64,000 nucleotides of DNA from Clostridia bacterium (GTDB lineage: Bacteria > Bacillota > Clostridia > Christensenellales > Borkfalkiaceae): positions 7,094-71,093 of the forward strand of contig JAFTPK010000005.1 of the NCBI GenBank assembly GCA_017463325.1. The letters are read 5' to 3'. The notes below the pieces were generated by a model. That model did no database searches. It had not been told where the DNA came from and was given only the letters and a program-made list of their open reading frames with translations. The translations under genes were made by a program, and so were the position numbers. This document shows, in pieces, positions 18,401-27,230 of this stretch (position 1 is its first letter; every line of letters starts with the position of its first letter).

Positions 18401-19728
18401 CTTGGACGCTTGTTGAAAAGGACGATTACGGCAATACCGTATCTCTTGACAAGCTCTCTTATGCTTTCCGTACCAGCGGTATGTATAAGGTTGTTGTGAC
18501 CGACGAATTCCGTACCGGTATTGACGCTGTGACCGAACAGATCACTTATGTTCAGCCCAACCCGCTTGGCGCTCTTGAGGGTGTTGAGAATGGTGGCTAC
18601 ACCAATGGCACAGTATCTTTTGTTTGGACGGATGAAGCCGTCGTAACGCTTGAAAAGGACGGCGAAATCGTTGCTTACGAAAGTGGCGACAAGTTGACCG
18701 AAGACGGAGTTTATAAGATTACCTTTGAAAACTTCGACGGATACACGGCAACCTACACCTTTACGATTGACACCGCAAAACCCGTAGTGGTAGTTAGCGG
18801 CGCAGAGAACGGCAGAACCGTTAGCGCAAACGTAAAGGCAACCATTTCCGAAGCAGGTCTTGACGTAGAACTCTTTAAGGACGGCAACTCGCTCGGCGCT
18901 TATGTTTCCGACACGGTTATCTCCGAAAGTGGCTCTTACACGCTTGTTGTGACCGACCTTGCGAACAACAAAACCGAAGTATCTTTTGAGATTGATAAGT
19001 TCGTTGATTTTGCTATCAACGTAAACGAAAACGGTCTTTCCAACTCCGTGACCGCTACGGCCAATGAGGACGTTTCTATCGTATTTACCAAAGACGGCGA
19101 AGCCGCTGAATATACACTTGGCGACGCTATTACCGTTCCCGGCAAATACACTCTTGCCCTGACCGATAAGCTCGGCAACAAGACCGAAATTTCCTTTGAA
19201 ATCGTGCAGCCGCTTGTGAAAGAATTTACCTGCAATTTTGACAATACGCCCGGCTTTGAAAAGGCACTCGTAAACGGCGAAGAAAAGCGCCTTAATTACG
19301 GTACTCTTGAACTCTTTGAGGACGGTACCTACGAAGTAGGCGCAGTCGTAAATGGCAAGACCTACAACTTTGTTGTAACGGTTGACGGAACGGCTCCGAC
19401 GCTCACGCTTTCGGGGGTTGAAAACGGCGGCGCTACGAAGGGCGCAGTTGTACTTTCGGATATGAGCGAAACGGCGGATATGAAGGTATATAAGAACGAC
19501 GTCGAAATCTCTTACAATCTCGGCGACGAGCTTACCGAAGAAGGCGTTTACAAAGTCGTTCTCACGGACGATTGTGGCAACGTTACGGAATATACCTTTG
19601 AAATCCTGCACTCTATGAACGGTGGCGCTATTGCCCTGATTATCATCGGTGTTCTGCTCGTCGCAGGTGTAATCGTTCTCGTTGTTATTATGAGAAAGAA
19701 AGGTAAATTCGGCAAATCCAAGAGATAA
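15457..19728 (+). CDS. Giant repeat-rich surface protein with signal peptide and C-terminal TM anchor (putative conjugation adhesin)
   Basis: Signal peptide KANIKRNTFKGVLLLALTLIMLFGVFLGSPLTASA. Two families of Ig-like repeats. C-terminal helix ALIIIGVLLVAGVIVLVVI followed by MRKKGKFGKSKR. No LPXTG motif. Start set at the TTG at 15457, 8 nt after an AGGAGG RBS; the track start at 15418 overlaps the upstream gene. Confidence 0.8.
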   Translation: MKANIKRNTFKGVLLLALTLIMLFGVFLGSPLTASAATSTSATLTTSGSYDVGDGSVSGYMSNYKIYMHSSSTNGSTGTAYNGRVLNWNYVYIKIDATDINSHTSFKLTRNGSTYVSKSLSGSSDMTLYSGSLPDGEYVLTYKGKHNTFLWVTADYTYTYKFVIDKTGPTYTLKAGTTSKSSGSYVNQQITYSVSDYKTWCIYYKKPGYSSYSISYNDTYTVAATAANNGWWYFYAEDYYYNTNSVVSIYLDTIAPVGKVTNSSGSTISNGGYTNKPIKYTATDTGGVSYYQVKKPGSTSWASYTSGTSLSSSYGWYTFRAVDKAGNISDEYKVYYDAGVPTGTLYGGTSSKSSGSYTNASYIKYTASDSYSGIANCYVKMPGASYYTAYSSGTQLATEGTYYFYSVDKSGNQSSIVSITLDKTKPTGTLYGGSSVISNGGSTNASSIKFVPYDAIGLSATYVKKPGSSTYVAYTSGTQFTTEGTYSFYSVDKAGNQSSVYTITLDRQIPSAQLYVDDQPIDNNGYTNGAHIKFECGETCYVQTPDSDMFVSYASGSEFYKAGKYVFYGVDSAGNSTGYYTIVIDRTSKPLDLSGLIDGTANGDVVISWTDGDANVYAPVVSVTINGKSYTKGETVYTIDTGVYKVVCTDAAGNVWETEFVSAKQNVITETLQKEYYEAPDAEGEFYSFATYDSAFAFAVEREKSFVRTGTWNNETWDTGIAMDATDAANAANGTYFIYKKSGNPDEEVAYFTEARLNEVIAEYAAIGIVDYYFWEKEPATIADGENLFSYSDTKTILADSIIFGENIGIVIDGEDFVGTVYEGEGKHLVTVTDSWGNSCDYNVIVIRRTPDIHYAIGEGSSNIVTFDRTYFFKDQITVSIADEFDEMAMFNVYDENGDLLGNFSLGETFTLSASGSYTVESVNHFGTSETFEIIISRDAPKVTITENADEKKLEINITASSDKESHIQTLEIYKSNDNGETWTLVEKDDYGNTVSLDKLSYAFRTSGMYKVVVTDEFRTGIDAVTEQITYVQPNPLGALEGVENGGYTNGTVSFVWTDEAVVTLEKDGEIVAYESGDKLTEDGVYKITFENFDGYTATYTFTIDTAKPVVVVSGAENGRTVSANVKATISEAGLDVELFKDGNSLGAYVSDTVISESGSYTLVVTDLANNKTEVSFEIDKFVDFAINVNENGLSNSVTATANEDVSIVFTKDGEAAEYTLGDAITVPGKYTLALTDKLGNKTEISFEIVQPLVKEFTCNFDNTPGFEKALVNGEEKRLNYGTLELFEDGTYEVGAVVNGKTYNFVVTVDGTAPTLTLSGVENGGATKGAVVLSDMSETADMKVYKNDVEISYNLGDELTEEGVYKVVLTDDCGNVTEYTFEILHSMNGGAIALIIIGVLLVAGVIVLVVIMRKKGKFGKSKR
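15946..17217 (+). repeat. Five tandem ~85-aa (~255-bp) intragenic repeats
   Basis: Repeat units end in SIYLDT / VYYDAG / ITLDKT / ITLDRQ / IVIDRT. Each contains YTN..IKYTA.D, VKKPG...Y.AYTSGT and EGTY.FYSVDK(A/S)GN. Units 3 and 4 are also clearly similar at the DNA level. Confidence 0.8.
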
Positions 19729-19829
19729 AAATTTGACTCAAAACTTGGGGAAATAGACCTATTTTTCCAAGCAGGATAAGGTGTGATTCAGTTGGGCGTT
19801 TTTCGCCCGACTGACCACACTTTTAAGAC

Positions 19830-19852
19830 AAGCGGGATACCCGCTTTCTTTA
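19830..19852 (+). terminator. Rho-independent terminator after the surface-protein gene
   Basis: Stem AGCGGG / CCCGCT with loop ATA, then TTCTTT. It is preceded by a longer imperfect hairpin at 19781-19820. Confidence 0.55.
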
Positions 19853-19894
19853 CCCTAAAAACGAACGTTTAATCAATAAAATACAGGAGGTACT

Positions 19895-20197
19895 ATGAGA
19901 TTTAACACTACCATGTTAGCGGCTTCTGGGGTGGATTTTTCGCCCGTTATCGCACCGATACTTGAAGTTATCAATGCGCTTCTTTGGCCGTGTATTGCTA
20001 TCGTAGGTGCCGTCGGAACGATTTATTGTATCTTTCTCGGTTTGAAGATCGCCAAGAGTGATGAACAAAATTCCAGAGAGAAAGCCAAGAAAGATTTAAT
20101 CGGTGCAATTATCGGTTTTATGATAATTTTCGTTTTGATTGTGGCGCTAAAAATCGCTATGCCCATATTGCAGAACTGGGTGCAAAATCAGATATAA
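19895..20197 (+). CDS. Small two-TM membrane protein (VirB2/TrbC-like position in the T4SS block)
   Basis: 100 aa with two hydrophobic helices (LLWPCIAIVGAVGTIYCIFLGL and LIGAIIGFMIIFVLIVAL). AGGAGG RBS. The role is inferred from size, topology and position only. Confidence 0.45.
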   Translation: MRFNTTMLAASGVDFSPVIAPILEVINALLWPCIAIVGAVGTIYCIFLGLKIAKSDEQNSREKAKKDLIGAIIGFMIIFVLIVALKIAMPILQNWVQNQI

Positions 20198-20209
20198 CGG
20201 AGGTAACTT

Positions 20210-21700
20210 ATGGACTGGTTTTTAGGGTGGTTCTACGAACTCCTATACATACTCCAAAAAAGTATCTGTTATATCATCGACTTTATCCGTGAAATCTTCT
20301 TAAAACTGGTCGGAATTGATACCGTAAAAATTGACGGTGAAGAACACGATTTGTTGACATACTTTATGACAACCGAGGGTGTGCGAAATGCCTTTTTAGG
20401 TGTGTTTCTTATAGGTGTAATTCTCCTATTTTTATTCGTCGGTATAGCCATAATCAAAAGCGAAGCCGCCGATCCCCAACACAAGAAAACTAAAGGTCAG
20501 ATTGTCACAAAATCCCTGCAAAGTTTCATAATTTTTCTGCTCATACCGTTTATACTTCTCGCGGGAATTACGCTCACAAACGTCGTTATGTGCGGAATAA
20601 ATGCGAGTATGTCAGGAGCCGCCGTTTCAGGTAGCACGAACGTTTCGCTCGGCGGACAAATTCTCGTAACAAGTGGCTATGACGCCTATATCGGTCCTGC
20701 CGGTGAGCGCCCCGCCATAGAGCAAATGTTCATTACGGGAAGATTGAATTATAACAGTCTTTCCGTCGTCGAACAGTATTACGACCTTGCGGATATGAAT
20801 TTCTTTGTCGGGCTTGCAAGCTCGCTTGTAATCCTGATTATGTTCGTACTCAGCACGATTTCCTTTATCCAAAGAATTTTTGATATAGTCTTGCTTTATA
20901 TCGTCTCTCCCGTTTCGGTATCCACGATACCCCTTGACGACGGACAACGCTTCAAACTTTGGCGAGAAATGATAATTTCAAAGGTTCTCGGTTGCTATGG
21001 AATAGTGCTTGCTATGAACCTGTTTTTCCTTATCATTCCAAAGGTTGCGGGAATAGATTTCTTCGACAGTAATTTCAAAAACGGAATCGTGCAACTGCTA
21101 TTCGTTATCGGTGGTGCCTTTGCCGTTACAAAAGCAAATATGGTTATAGCCCAGCTTACCGGCAATAATGCGGGCGGACAAGAAGCCCAGCAAATGCTCG
21201 CCAACATTCAAACCGGTGCATATATGGCAAGAGCCGTCACGGGAACTGCGGGTACAGCCGCAGGTATGCTTATAGGCGGAACCGATTTTCTTTCCAACAG
21301 AAAACGCGGTGCGGGATTTTTTGATAACGTATCATCTGCAATCCATTCGCAAAGGAACAGACACAACGTCCAGCAAGCAACGGCTACGAGCGACACGGCG
21401 GCGAAGCCCACGAAAGCACAAATGGTCGGCAACGCAGCCAAAGGTGCCTTACGACTTGCGACTATGCCTATCGGCGTTATGAAAGACCTTTTGCAAGGCG
21501 GTGTTATTACTGCCGGTAAAAACTTCATACCCCGTGTGAGAAACGTTATTGCAGGTACTACCTTTGTTAACCGCGCGGACTACGTTCAAAAGGCGGAACA
21601 AAAGGCAACCGACAGCACGAAGACCGATGAAGCGGATACGACAACTACGGGCGGGGATACGTCCGAATCTGATGCGCCAAAGGAGGATAAAACAGAATGA
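20210..21700 (+). CDS. Polytopic membrane protein (VirB6-like position)
   Basis: At least 6 predicted TM helices by eye, with a hydrophilic T/D/E-rich tail. It lies between the small 2-TM protein and the VirB4-like ATPase, with an ATGA overlap to the next gene. Confidence 0.45.
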   Translation: MDWFLGWFYELLYILQKSICYIIDFIREIFLKLVGIDTVKIDGEEHDLLTYFMTTEGVRNAFLGVFLIGVILLFLFVGIAIIKSEAADPQHKKTKGQIVTKSLQSFIIFLLIPFILLAGITLTNVVMCGINASMSGAAVSGSTNVSLGGQILVTSGYDAYIGPAGERPAIEQMFITGRLNYNSLSVVEQYYDLADMNFFVGLASSLVILIMFVLSTISFIQRIFDIVLLYIVSPVSVSTIPLDDGQRFKLWREMIISKVLGCYGIVLAMNLFFLIIPKVAGIDFFDSNFKNGIVQLLFVIGGAFAVTKANMVIAQLTGNNAGGQEAQQMLANIQTGAYMARAVTGTAGTAAGMLIGGTDFLSNRKRGAGFFDNVSSAIHSQRNRHNVQQATATSDTAAKPTKAQMVGNAAKGALRLATMPIGVMKDLLQGGVITAGKNFIPRVRNVIAGTTFVNRADYVQKAEQKATDSTKTDEADTTTTGGDTSESDAPKEDKTE

Positions 21701-24297
21701 GGTTGATACCCCGTAACACGAAAGTAAAATTACAATTCTATAAAGGCATTACGCTCCCGGATATATTTCTCGGTTTGGCAGGGCTTGCGCTTGTGGCTAT
21801 CACGCTCTCAAGCAACTTTTCGTTTAAGTACCTGCTTGCCGTAGGAATTATCTGTGTATTTGCCCCACTTTTTCTTTCCGTAGGTAATGAGAGAATTTAT
21901 ATGTCCGTCGTGTATATGTTCAGACACTTGTTCGGGCGTAAACGCTACACGAAAGACGGAAAAGAAGGCGCTACCGTTGAGAGCATTACCCCTTATGAGA
22001 AAATCGAAAACGGTCTTGTAAAGAATAAAGACGGCACCTATACGGGTGTGGTGGAAATCAAGCCCATTGAGTTCCGGCTCCTTGCCGGTGGCAAGCAAGA
22101 TTACCTTATCGAAGGTATCCTTGCAAACGCGCTCGGTGCCGTCAACCTTTCACAAGAAGCGGAAATTATAAAACTCGATAAGGAACTCAATCTTGACAAG
22201 CAACTTCAAGCCGAACTTGACCGAATCCAAGACCTTATCGCCGCCGAAGAAAACGGTTCTATCACACACGAGGAATACGTTGCGAGAGTAAACGTAATCG
22301 AAGACCGCATTATGCTGATCGACACGCTCAACAGCGAAAGCCGTGTTACTTATAGCGCATATTATATCGCTGTTCACGATACTTCCGCAAACCTGCTCCA
22401 CGATACGCTTGCGTATATGAAACAGCTTTTGCAATCCGGCAGTATCGAAAGCAACATTCTCGACAATGGCGAACTTGCCGAATTTCTGCGTCTTTCCTAC
22501 GGAAAACAATCCGTTGAAAACGGCGAAATCAAAGAAGTAAAATTCGGTCTCAATGGAACTTATCAGGACGATAAAAAACTCTCGCATTTTGCCGTATGCG
22601 GCTATCCCTTAAAGGTTGCGAACGCTTGGGGTGAAGACCTTTTTGACATACCGAACACAAAGGTTGTTATGAAGCTCAAGCCCGTAGAAAAAAGCAAAGC
22701 AATCCGTAGGATTGACAATGCGATTATAGAGTTATCGACACGCGGGAAAGGCAAAGCCAGCAAGATAATTGACAACACAACCCACGTTGAAACGCTTTCC
22801 GATCTTCTTGTTCGCTTACAGAACGATAATGAAACCTTGTTCGACGTCACGCTCATAATTACAGCTTACGACGAAAACGGCAAAGCCGACGTAAAAAAGC
22901 GTGTTCGTAGCAAACTCCGCGAGAACGGATTTTCAGCAAATGAAATGTTCGGCAGACAAGCCGACGCATACCTTACGTCAACCATAACGGCTTATGACAA
23001 AGTATATATTTCTCGCGGTATTCAGGCAACGTCCGTAGCCGCTTGTTTCCCCTTTGTGAGCAATGCCGTTATGGACGAGAAAGGACTTCTGCTCGGTGAG
23101 AACAAACTACCCGTATTTGTGGACTTTTTTAAGCGAGATTCCGAATTTGTAAACAGTAATATGATTATCATCGGCAAGCCCGGTAGCGGAAAGAGTTACG
23201 CTACGAAAACCTTGCTTACGCATCTTGCTTCTGGTGGAACGAAAATCTTTATTTTGGATCCTGAAAACGAGTACACGAAGTTAACGGAGAGCCAAAACGG
23301 AAAAGTTCTTGATACCGCATCGGCAAAGTTCGGTAAAATAAATCCTTTTCACGTTATCGTAGCACTTGACGATGAAAATGAGGACGGCAGCCGAAACAGC
23401 TATTTCTCACACCTGCAATTCTTGGAAGAATTTTATAAAATCTCTATCCCCGGTCTATCGTCCGATTGCTTGGAAATGCTGAACCGCTTGACTACCGAAA
23501 TTTATGCAGCCAAAGGCATCGACGAAGAAAGCCATTTTGAGAAGTTAAAGCCCACCGATTACCCGACCTTTGACGATCTCGCGCAGTTGGTGGATGAGCG
23601 TTTACTTTCCGAAGGCGACGACTATAACCGTTCTTGCTATAAAATCTTGTCAAACTATTTGTCAAAATTCCGTAGTGGCGGACGAAATTCTAACCTTTGG
23701 AATGGTCCGACAAGTCTTAACGCAGACGCAAATTTCGTATGTTTTAACTTCCAAAAATTGATTGCAAACCGCAATAATACGGTGGCTAACGCACAAATGC
23801 TTTTGCTTTTGAAATGGCTTGAGAACGAGGTCATAAAAAACCGTGATTATAACCTTATCAATGGTGCAAACCGCAAGATTGCAGTTGTAATCGACGAGGC
23901 GCATTTGTTTGTGGACGAACGTTATCCGATAGCACTTGACTTTATGTTCCAGCTTGCAAAGCGTATCCGTAAATACGGCGGTATGCAAATCGTCGTAACT
24001 CAATCCCTTAAAGATTTTGCGGGAACACCCGAAACGGCGCGAAAGTCTATGGCAATTATCAACGTTTCGCAGTATTCGCTTATCTTTTCTTTGCCACCGA
24101 ACGACATGACCGAACTTTGCAAACTCTATGAAAAGGCGGGACAAATAAACTCTGCCGAAAGCGAAAATATCGTACACAATCCGCGAGGTTGTGCTTTCCT
24201 TATTTCTTCGCCAGAAAAACGCACGAATATAAGGATTGTCGCTACGCCCTACGTGGAAAGTCTTTTTGACGAAAATACAAATAAACAGGAGAACTAA
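21697..24297 (+). CDS. VirB4-like conjugal transfer ATPase
   Basis: Two N-terminal TM helices, Walker A GKPGSGKSY and Walker B VVIDEAHLF. The ~865-aa size is typical of Gram-positive VirB4/TraE homologues. Confidence 0.85.
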   Translation: MRLIPRNTKVKLQFYKGITLPDIFLGLAGLALVAITLSSNFSFKYLLAVGIICVFAPLFLSVGNERIYMSVVYMFRHLFGRKRYTKDGKEGATVESITPYEKIENGLVKNKDGTYTGVVEIKPIEFRLLAGGKQDYLIEGILANALGAVNLSQEAEIIKLDKELNLDKQLQAELDRIQDLIAAEENGSITHEEYVARVNVIEDRIMLIDTLNSESRVTYSAYYIAVHDTSANLLHDTLAYMKQLLQSGSIESNILDNGELAEFLRLSYGKQSVENGEIKEVKFGLNGTYQDDKKLSHFAVCGYPLKVANAWGEDLFDIPNTKVVMKLKPVEKSKAIRRIDNAIIELSTRGKGKASKIIDNTTHVETLSDLLVRLQNDNETLFDVTLIITAYDENGKADVKKRVRSKLRENGFSANEMFGRQADAYLTSTITAYDKVYISRGIQATSVAACFPFVSNAVMDEKGLLLGENKLPVFVDFFKRDSEFVNSNMIIIGKPGSGKSYATKTLLTHLASGGTKIFILDPENEYTKLTESQNGKVLDTASAKFGKINPFHVIVALDDENEDGSRNSYFSHLQFLEEFYKISIPGLSSDCLEMLNRLTTEIYAAKGIDEESHFEKLKPTDYPTFDDLAQLVDERLLSEGDDYNRSCYKILSNYLSKFRSGGRNSNLWNGPTSLNADANFVCFNFQKLIANRNNTVANAQMLLLLKWLENEVIKNRDYNLINGANRKIAVVIDEAHLFVDERYPIALDFMFQLAKRIRKYGGMQIVVTQSLKDFAGTPETARKSMAIINVSQYSLIFSLPPNDMTELCKLYEKAGQINSAESENIVHNPRGCAFLISSPEKRTNIRIVATPYVESLFDENTNKQEN

Positions 24298-24300
24298 TTT

Positions 24301-25293
24301 ATGCAGGAGAAAACCCCTAAATACAACACAGACGATCTGATTAAACAAGCTGACGCCAAATTTGAAGAAATGCTCCGAGAAGGTAAATACCGCGAACTGA
24401 TCGACGCTATGATCTCACTTGGCGATTATTCGCTCCGAAACCAAATGCTTATCCTTGCAGCAAACCCGAACGCAACTCACGTTGAGGGAAGGAACGCTTG
24501 GAACTATCGCAAAAGGTCCATTAAACCCGGTGAGACTTCTATCAAAATCCTTGCACCCGTTTTCGGCAAAGAGGTTGTTTTCGATAAAAACGGACAACCC
24601 ACCGAAACCGTACTCAACAAAGTAACCGGTTATCGTGTAAACTTTGTTTTTGACGAGAGCCAGACACAAGGTGAAGACGTCCGCGACTTCAGGACTACAC
24701 CCGCGTTGCTCGACGAGAATTACGATTTTGTAACCGACGTTCTCAAAGGCACGATCAAGGGCTTTGAGTTTAGCGAGAGTGACGCGCTCGGTTCGGAAGT
24801 AACATCCCGTCTTGATACCGAAAGCAGAACCATTGAAATCAGCTCTACACTTGAGCGAGAAGCCAAACTCAAAACGCTTATCAATCAGATAGCGGCTGCG
24901 AACGTTCTTGCGAGAGATAGGCGTAATTTCAACTGCTTGCAGTCTTCCGAAATGAACAGCGTAGAAATGAGTGCTATTACCTATATCGTAGCAAACCGTC
25001 TCGGCTTGAAAACGGAAAAACTTATTGCTCCCGACTTCTCCAAGTTCGGTGATAAGGATTATGAGAAATTTGCGGGTAATATCGGCGTTATTCGCTCGGT
25101 ATCGCAGAAAATGATTATGGCGGTTGAGAACAAGCTCTCTTACGAACTTTACAAAAAACGTGAAGCCGCGAAAGCAGCCGAAGGCGAAGCCGCCCCTGCT
25201 GCGCCCGAAGTGACCGACGTAAAACCCGTGAAGACGGAAGTTAAAAAAGCCCCGTCTTCCAAATCGAGAAAAAAGACGGAGGTAACAATGTAA
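24301..25293 (+). CDS. ArdC-N-like ssDNA-binding protein (no metalloprotease domain seen)
   Basis: YSLRNQMLILAANPNATHVEGRNAWNYRKRSIKPGETSIKILAP matches the ArdC N-terminal pattern (YS..N..li..Q......v....W...gR.vkkGE..I.I..P). The C-terminus is a K/A/E/P-rich tail. Confidence 0.5.
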   Translation: MQEKTPKYNTDDLIKQADAKFEEMLREGKYRELIDAMISLGDYSLRNQMLILAANPNATHVEGRNAWNYRKRSIKPGETSIKILAPVFGKEVVFDKNGQPTETVLNKVTGYRVNFVFDESQTQGEDVRDFRTTPALLDENYDFVTDVLKGTIKGFEFSESDALGSEVTSRLDTESRTIEISSTLEREAKLKTLINQIAAANVLARDRRNFNCLQSSEMNSVEMSAITYIVANRLGLKTEKLIAPDFSKFGDKDYEKFAGNIGVIRSVSQKMIMAVENKLSYELYKKREAAKAAEGEAAPAAPEVTDVKPVKTEVKKAPSSKSRKKTEVTM

Positions 25294-25535
25294 TGGGTGG
25301 TGAATTGAGAGCGTTAATCGAAGTTATCGACTTTTCGTCGAAAGACGAACTTCTTGCCAAGCTCCGCGATATGCGGGAGAGTACGATTAAACTGGCACCC
25401 CGCGAAAGAAGCGCAGTCAAGGAAATTATCGGCGTTGGTATTCAGCAAGCGTATTATACCACAGAAAAAGAACTCCTGCGCTATAAACAATATATCCAGA
25501 AAAGAAATTCAAACACGGAGGTAAAGAATGGCTAA
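25293..25535 (+). CDS. Hypothetical protein
   Basis: 80-aa ORF whose start overlaps the upstream stop. Same strand and tight packing with neighbours. No motif recognised. Confidence 0.5.
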   Translation: MGGELRALIEVIDFSSKDELLAKLRDMRESTIKLAPRERSAVKEIIGVGIQQAYYTTEKELLRYKQYIQKRNSNTEVKNG

Positions 25536-25923
25536 AATTACTGCGGTTGTAAAGAAACCTTATGAAAAAGCCGAAGTTGTGGAAATCGACAGCGGACTTG
25601 AAACTTTGCAAAAAATCGTAGGCGGATACATAGAAGGTGCGGATCTTCCCGATATGCTTGACGTATTAGGATTTTGCAACGAAGAAGGTCTTATCAACGG
25701 TTTAGAACCGAATGTGTATCGTCCAAAATGGAAAGACGCTCTATTCGGCCCGCTTGTGTATGTAGGAGCAGGTCCCGAAGGCGATTCCGTCAGCTTGAAC
25801 GACGAGCAGATCACCCGTCTTATGAAATACTTTGACGCTCATAGCGTTCGGGACTTCGGTGAAATGTATATGCACGTTCAGACCGATTTTAAGCACTATA
25901 AAAACACCGAGAGCGTGATGTGA
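25528..25923 (+). CDS. DUF3846-like protein
   Basis: LETLQKIVGGYIEGADL...LGFCNEEGLINGLEPN matches my recollection of the DUF3846 signature, which is common in Firmicutes conjugative elements. Confidence 0.5.
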   Translation: MAKITAVVKKPYEKAEVVEIDSGLETLQKIVGGYIEGADLPDMLDVLGFCNEEGLINGLEPNVYRPKWKDALFGPLVYVGAGPEGDSVSLNDEQITRLMKYFDAHSVRDFGEMYMHVQTDFKHYKNTESVM

Positions 25924-25924
25924 T

Positions 25925-26500
25925 ATGGCAATGGAAACCAAACTTCACGGCTACACGTTAAAGATTATGCCAGACGATAGCCCGTTGAACCCACGAACCG
26001 ACTGCGACCATCTCGGCACTATGCTTTGTTGGCATAGAAGATATACGCTCGGCGACAATAATCCTTACGATAACCCACAGGAATTTGAAGAAAGCGATAC
26101 GGCAAAAGAAATGTTTGTCTGCTTGCCTGTGTATATGCTCGACCATTCGGGATTATTTTTCTCCGTTCACGATTTCGGGGATCCGTGGGATAGCGGTCAG
26201 CTTGGTATCATCTACTGCACGAAAGAAGAAGCGCAAAAATGGTATGGCAAGGAAGATGTATCCCCTGACGAAGCCAAACGCGAACTTATAGCCGAAGTGG
26301 AAAACTACAACGAATATATGAACGGCTCGTGGTATGGATTTTATATCGAAGGACTTGACGGCGACGTTGAGGATTCCTGTTGGGGATTTCTTTACAACGG
26401 CGATATGAAAGACCTTATTGACGAAATGAAGGCGTGCGTTTCGGACGAGCATCACGCCTTGTTCGATAAAATGGTAACAAGCAAAGCGGCTTGTATGTGA
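25925..26500 (+). CDS. Hypothetical protein
   Basis: 191-aa ORF starting 1 nt after the previous stop. Conserved-looking core (LNPRTDCDHLGTM, YMLDHSGL) of unknown family. Confidence 0.55.
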   Translation: MAMETKLHGYTLKIMPDDSPLNPRTDCDHLGTMLCWHRRYTLGDNNPYDNPQEFEESDTAKEMFVCLPVYMLDHSGLFFSVHDFGDPWDSGQLGIIYCTKEEAQKWYGKEDVSPDEAKRELIAEVENYNEYMNGSWYGFYIEGLDGDVEDSCWGFLYNGDMKDLIDEMKACVSDEHHALFDKMVTSKAACM

Positions 26501-26501
26501 G

Positions 26502-27215
26502 GTGACTATGAAAAAAATCTTGAGAACCCAGCTTTTAGCTCGTCTTGAGCAAGAATATTCGGATTATTTGGACGAATTACACGGTGCTGATATTGACACC
26601 GTAATTTCTTCTTCCGATAAAACGAATTTTTACGCAAATATGCTTGTTTACATACGGGAGCATGACCTTTTTGAAAACCAGCTAAAAACCTTGCTCGGCT
26701 ATGAAAAGCCGCTTGAAAATCTCTACTATTGTTTTTGCGAAAACAACTTTGACCTGCTCGCCCGCGCCGATACTGCGCGAAAGGTTATATTCCAGATTGA
26801 AAAAGAAGACAGACACGAGGATTACGCAGACGATTCCGAAATAAAAGGATTAAAAATCAGCATTTTTAAGGATTGCCGAAAATATCTCTCTACGTTTGAC
26901 GAATACGACGCTCCCGCCGCTTTGAACGGCAGAATACAGCTTATCAAAGCGGCAAGCAAGATCGTCAATAAAGACCTGTCCTATGTCAACGGAATTGACG
27001 GCCTTTCCGATTATCTTTACTATGAGCAAAAGGTTTACGAAGAACAGCTTGAGAAAATTGGCAACAACAAACAAACCTTATATCCACACGACGGAGTGAT
27101 TGAAAGATACGCTATGCGGATTTTCCAATACGCCGAACCTTACGGGTGGGACGTTACAAATATAACTGACCGCTTGAAAAAATATATGGATATGGAAGGT
27201 TCAGCAACTATGTAA
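26502..27215 (+). CDS. Hypothetical protein
   Basis: 237-aa ORF, tightly packed with neighbours. The start could be the ATG at 26508. No motif recognised. Confidence 0.55.
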   Translation: MTMKKILRTQLLARLEQEYSDYLDELHGADIDTVISSSDKTNFYANMLVYIREHDLFENQLKTLLGYEKPLENLYYCFCENNFDLLARADTARKVIFQIEKEDRHEDYADDSEIKGLKISIFKDCRKYLSTFDEYDAPAALNGRIQLIKAASKIVNKDLSYVNGIDGLSDYLYYEQKVYEEQLEKIGNNKQTLYPHDGVIERYAMRIFQYAEPYGWDVTNITDRLKKYMDMEGSATM

Positions 27216-27230
27216 TAAGGAGGAATTTTA

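Noticed and set aside
18154-19611. 485-aa ORF on the minus strand inside the surface-protein gene
   Set aside because: It is entirely antisense to a gene with a signal peptide, coherent repeats and a TM anchor. It has no RBS and a junk-like composition rich in F/V/R/N/G. Long antisense frames are expected opposite GNN/NNC-biased codons.
15457-19728. Sortase-anchored (LPXTG) adhesin
   Set aside because: No LPXTG-like motif precedes the C-terminal hydrophobic helix, so the protein is called membrane-anchored instead.
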